The position numbers and the translations under genes were made by a program. A model generated the notes under the pieces. That model did no database searches, was not told the origin of the DNA, and worked only from the letters and a program-made list of their open reading frames with translations. From Bdellovibrionota bacterium (GTDB lineage Bacteria; Bdellovibrionota_C; UBA2361; JAAYZI01): a stretch of 64,000 bases of DNA. This document shows, piece after piece, positions 60,118 to 64,000 of this stretch (position 1 is its first letter; each line of letters begins with the position of its first letter). The DNA lies in NCBI GenBank assembly GCA_050950765.1, contig JBMNIF010000003.1, positions 320,001 through 384,000 on the forward strand. Direction: 5' to 3'.

Positions 60118-62388
60118 TTATCTACGTCTTAACTTAAAAGGTCCTCGACGTGGAGGTGGCGCATCTTTTTCACTGCCCTCTCCACCTTCTTTGTTATCCT
60201 TAACATTTTTTTTCTTTGGATCGCCTTCTTCATCTTTTGGCTTAGCTGTAAGTGGTGCCGTAAACATCTGAACCCGTCCTCGAATTTTTCCCTTGCTCTT
60301 TGCACTTATCTTAAATGGAGCATCCGAAGCTTCGTCTACTTTAGTTGCACCGTTTTCAGTAACGGATGACGCTTCACCTTGCTGCGCAGAGCCATCTTGT
60401 TGAACTTCATTTTTAGCAACACCCGTCGAACGGGGCGCTTTCAAAGAGGTTAATTTTTGAGCTTCTTTTAAGAGATTTTTTCCTTTGGCGGCAGGTGTTG
60501 TCTCTGCCTGCGCTGCCGCCTGTTGCGCCACTTTACGCACGGCATCTCCACTCCTTGCGGCCTCTGCATCTCCCTGCCTTACTATCTGCTCATCAACCCA
60601 ATCACCCAATCCGATCTCATCACGTTCAAACTTCTCAAGCCGCACTAAATGTTCTCTTCCTTCCCACTTTTCAGGTAGCACAGCGTTAAACCAACTACAC
60701 CGTCCCTTTACAATACGTCCGTCACCGAGATCGAACCACGCCAAGCCCTTCTCCGCTGACATCTCATGTTTTAACTCTTCAGGACTGACAAAATAATCCT
60801 CAGCTTCTAACATCCCGATCGATTGTGACTCTCCACCCATAGCGCGAGCATCCAGATCGATAGCACCACGCACTACATTTCCTGTCTTACTCCGTGTCAC
60901 ACCGGTACTAAGTGAAGTCTTCGTAACAGAGACTTTACCGAACCATTCTGCCATATCCTCAGCCGTACGATTATCTCCGATACGCATCATGACCTTTAAA
61001 TTTACATTAGCCATAACACGTTCATAAAACGACTCACTTAATCCGATCGCTCTATCCGTCAAACCTCCCGTAGACTGCGCTCCAAATAAGAGAGCAAAAC
61101 GTCCTTTTCTTGCCAGTTCAAAAAGGTTCGCCCACGTCGGTCCAAAAGTTGAAGAGCCCTCATCAACTATCACCAGATGCGGATCTTCCAAATTAAGAGA
61201 CCTTGAAGAGGTGATCTCTCCGATTGAGACCTCCAGATCTTCACGAAAAAGCTTCACCATTCTCGCCGCCGACTCTGCTTCCTCTAACCTCGGCAACATA
61301 AAATAGATTATCTTTCCCCGTAAAATAGCATCAGTCAGCACTAAATCTGTATACTTCGTGCAAAAGATAGCGCCCATATTACTTCCGGAGATGGCGTGTA
61401 GCTCTGAAGAGATACCCCTTAAATTATCAGTCAACTTCGTCGTATCCATACCTCCGCGCTTATCTCTATAACTGGAAGCTAAATGTCCCAACTCTACTAA
61501 CGCCTGTCTGGCACCTATCTGTTGAAGAAGCCTCCTTAAATGTGGATATGACAAACTGAAATCTGAAAGTGCCACAGCAACATCATGAATAGACCATGCT
61601 AAACCGAAACTCTCCATCGCCCTAACCATACGATAGATAGAATCTGCTGCTAAACGATCATAGTGCTTCGTTGAACTCTGATCTGAAGTTGGCGGCAACC
61701 CCGCACGCAATACCTTACGCGCCTTTACATCAGCTCGTTGATCCGTCAAGACAAAGTTATACGAGTGCACACAATCAAAGGGATCAACCACTACTAGATC
61801 TTCGATCCTCCCCGTTATAAGCGCCATTAAGATAATCTGCGCCAACGTTCCCGAATCTCGTTTTGCATCAATAAATGTACAACCACTAGCACGACCGCGC
61901 GCCATCTGTTGAAAGATAAAAGACTCCAACCATAAAGTTTTACCAACACCTGTTTTAGCAAAAACACAGGCGTGACTACACAAATCCTCCTCATCAATCC
62001 AAAGCGGCTCCCCCGTTTCCAAATTAAAGCCAACAAGATACTTATCAATCATCTTCTTACCACGCGCTTGGGCACTCTCTATACATTTCGCTATGGCATC
62101 ACGTTGCGGTGCCATCCCCAGAACTTTTTTACCACCACGTTTTTTGGATTCCTGCGCTCTTTCATATTCAATCTTAATGTACTTGGTAAGAACCTCTACT
62201 AAACGTGCTAAAAAACAAACCGGCGCAAGCCCTACTATAAAAAGGATCCCCGTCGGCACTCCTGAAAAAAGAGGTGACATCACTAAAATTATGACGATTC
62301 CGAAAGCAAGCAAAAGTGATTTTAAAGCACTCATGCACTCTTCACGCCGCATCGTGCTAAAATCAATATTTTGATATTTTCGCGCCAT
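60118..62388 (-). CDS. Type IV secretion coupling ATPase (TraD/VirD4/DotL-IcmO-like)
   Basis: Two N-terminal TMs, Walker A AKTGVGKT, FIDAKRD, Walker B VIVDEG, LARKGRFALLFGAQS, NVNLKVMMRIGD..TAE, and a long low-complexity C-terminal tail. Confidence 0.85.
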   Translation of the reverse strand: MARKYQNIDFSTMRREECMSALKSLLLAFGIVIILVMSPLFSGVPTGILFIVGLAPVCFLARLVEVLTKYIKIEYERAQESKKRGGKKVLGMAPQRDAIAKCIESAQARGKKMIDKYLVGFNLETGEPLWIDEEDLCSHACVFAKTGVGKTLWLESFIFQQMARGRASGCTFIDAKRDSGTLAQIILMALITGRIEDLVVVDPFDCVHSYNFVLTDQRADVKARKVLRAGLPPTSDQSSTKHYDRLAADSIYRMVRAMESFGLAWSIHDVAVALSDFSLSYPHLRRLLQQIGARQALVELGHLASSYRDKRGGMDTTKLTDNLRGISSELHAISGSNMGAIFCTKYTDLVLTDAILRGKIIYFMLPRLEEAESAARMVKLFREDLEVSIGEITSSRSLNLEDPHLVIVDEGSSTFGPTWANLFELARKGRFALLFGAQSTGGLTDRAIGLSESFYERVMANVNLKVMMRIGDNRTAEDMAEWFGKVSVTKTSLSTGVTRSKTGNVVRGAIDLDARAMGGESQSIGMLEAEDYFVSPEELKHEMSAEKGLAWFDLGDGRIVKGRCSWFNAVLPEKWEGREHLVRLEKFERDEIGLGDWVDEQIVRQGDAEAARSGDAVRKVAQQAAAQAETTPAAKGKNLLKEAQKLTSLKAPRSTGVAKNEVQQDGSAQQGEASSVTENGATKVDEASDAPFKISAKSKGKIRGRVQMFTAPLTAKPKDEEGDPKKKNVKDNKEGGEGSEKDAPPPRRGPFKLRRR

Positions 62389-62398
62389 CTAATGATCC

Positions 62399-64000
62399 TT
62401 AACTGCTAAGACTATCACTTGCATCATCTATAAAAATCGGGATGCCTTGCATAATCAAATTAAACTGCTCGTGTGTAGTGGCTATCGCCGGAGCACGTCC
62501 CTGTCTGAATTTTTCCTTCCAGCTTTGCCCATAACGCTCAACTAAACGGGTTGTCCGTAACGGCACCATCCCAGCACGTCCGATATAACCACTTTCATTA
62601 CGATCTGGTGTACCCTCATCTACCTGCACCGCTGCAAAAACTACACACGCTTCCGGAACGGTAGAATCTCCTACTCGACGTGCTAGCCAACTATAATGGT
62701 AGAGAATATAACGTAAGTAACCCCATTCAGCGACCTTTGAGGCAGGCAGATCGTGAACATCAACGATCTCTGCTATCTCAGATTGTGTAAAATCTCTCGG
62801 AATTCTCTCATAATCCGGTATCGCAACACCATCGCTCTCCTCCTGCTCTGTCTTCCCTTTGTGTTGCCACTCATCCACCCGTCGAACCAACTCTTTTAAA
62901 ATAACCTTTTTGTCGATATCGATAACCTTACTAAAAATTCCGAGTACTGAGAGCACCGGCAGAAAGAACATACTGGAATCGGTAGCGATCCCCTCTCCAA
63001 AAATACTCTTATTGTTTTCAGATAACTCCTTAAAGAAAGCAGCTTCCCAACTCTCATGCAGCTCATACGTTATCCCAAAGAGTTGCACATCATCTGCTAC
63101 GAAATCTAATTCATGCGGGCACGCCAAAGTCACCTCTACCCACTGCCTCAAAGCTTGTGACTCCTTTGTAATATCAACTGAAAAACGGACTGGTCCAAAA
63201 ACACTTTTACGCAATCCGTAAACCAGTGCTTGCCTAATCATGTTTCTTTCAGCAGATCGATATTCACGTGGATATTCAGGAACAGAGTGTAAAACTGCCC
63301 GCGCTCCGAGTTGCGGGAAGTTAGTAGACCTGATCCAAGCAACACCTGCGGATTCAACTCCTAACGGTTTCGCCGCTTCAATAGCAAGTAACGCCGTTGC
63401 GACACCTTCCGCACGAATTGATATTAAGGATTGCTTCTGTTGTGGCGTTAAAACTCGATCCAACGCCTGTCGAAATTTCGCTATATAATCTTCACCTGAA
63501 AGCATTGCTTGTGACGATGAAATCTGATTTTTAGCAGATGGTGTCTTCTGTTCAGGAAGATACGTTTTAAAAGATGGTGCGCCGTTTTTACTGTATTCAC
63601 TATGCAAAGATAGCGCGCAATCTAATAGTGCTGTCGTATTATCAACTAAAGTAGAACCTTTGTAGGCAGCTGCCAGATCTCCTTCTTCTCCTGTTTTTGC
63701 AACGTACGCTGGATAATCACCGTACTCCACGATCATGGCAGCTAACGCTTTATTCGTTTCATTATCCACACCATATTTATTTAAAACTTTTAATATTTCA
63801 GATTGAGCAAGCACCTGTGGTGAGCACCGTTTTAAACAGGCCAACCCCCTCACCAACACATCCGGAGCTCCCGACTCATCCATATTATCCAGCGACGCTC
63901 GCATACCTGAATAAAAAATCCTGCCATTCCCCGTCTGCCCAAGTAGATCATCTGCTACGTACGGCTTTATCTTATTATATGCGTGTATTGCGGCGATCAT
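62399..64000 (-). CDS. Hypothetical protein, possibly DotM/IcmP(TrbA)-like (probably 5'-truncated by window edge)
   Basis: ORF of at least 533 aa reaching the window end, 10 bp upstream of the coupling protein. LLAIEAAKPLGVESAGVAWIR loosely resembles the DotM/TrbA AR..GV..A.F.WL segment. Confidence 0.5.
   Translation of the reverse strand: MIAAIHAYNKIKPYVADDLLGQTGNGRIFYSGMRASLDNMDESGAPDVLVRGLACLKRCSPQVLAQSEILKVLNKYGVDNETNKALAAMIVEYGDYPAYVAKTGEEGDLAAAYKGSTLVDNTTALLDCALSLHSEYSKNGAPSFKTYLPEQKTPSAKNQISSSQAMLSGEDYIAKFRQALDRVLTPQQKQSLISIRAEGVATALLAIEAAKPLGVESAGVAWIRSTNFPQLGARAVLHSVPEYPREYRSAERNMIRQALVYGLRKSVFGPVRFSVDITKESQALRQWVEVTLACPHELDFVADDVQLFGITYELHESWEAAFFKELSENNKSIFGEGIATDSSMFFLPVLSVLGIFSKVIDIDKKVILKELVRRVDEWQHKGKTEQEESDGVAIPDYERIPRDFTQSEIAEIVDVHDLPASKVAEWGYLRYILYHYSWLARRVGDSTVPEACVVFAAVQVDEGTPDRNESGYIGRAGMVPLRTTRLVERYGQSWKEKFRQGRAPAIATTHEQFNLIMQGIPIFIDDASDSLSS

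Noticed and set aside
379..63488. Numerous short antisense or out-of-frame ORFs in the supplied track (e.g. 31284-31796, 23142-23597, 57163-57642)
   Set aside because: They are shadows of well-supported genes on the opposite strand or frame and show no independent evidence.

Overview
Bacterial chromosomal window, AT-rich overall, taxon not determinable from the sequence alone. (1) 1-21.3 kb is a mosaic defence/accessory island. It holds the 3' part of one type I R-M hsdR followed by an RloC-like ABC-ATPase/HEPN nuclease, a LOG-family gene, a truncated methyltransferase remnant, and a second AT-richer type I R-M operon (hsdM-hsdS-hsdR-M48/YgjP) whose hsdS and hsdR each carry a +1 frameshift. 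It also holds an orphan 1104-aa membrane protein, a P-loop kinase + ParB-like pair whose 3' half is triplicated, and an MqsR/MqsA-Panacea toxin-antitoxin pair with a palindromic operator. (2) 21.8-26.4 kb holds an RDD protein and a 4-copy tandem array of diverging membrane proteins with a pilin-like C-terminal domain; three copies have captured the first ~25 codons of an adjacent orphan CopG/BrnA-type antitoxin. (3) 26.8-39.9 kb is housekeeping: bactofilin, PBP, cysS, methyltransferase, ppdK, rlmN, coaD, sufBCD, tRNA-Arg(CCT). (4) 39.9-54.9 kb is accessory: a deviant 2-hydroxyacid dehydrogenase, an ankyrin protein, a GT2, two LIV-type ABC clusters and a Nudix-like orphan. (5) 55.3-56.2 kb is the most unusual object: a promoter-driven ~830-nt region whose 5' and 3' ends pair over long range, with G-U pairs that only work on the + strand RNA, enclosing several hairpins and a 129-aa ORF with phage SAM-lyase/DUF3574-like motifs. 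(6) 56.5-64 kb holds lipA, a membrane protein, xseAB and a DotM/DotL-like (type IVB) coupling-protein pair. Tandem duplication of gene 3' ends recurs across the window (LOG, ParB-like, rlmN). All family assignments come from motif recognition by eye, with no database searches.
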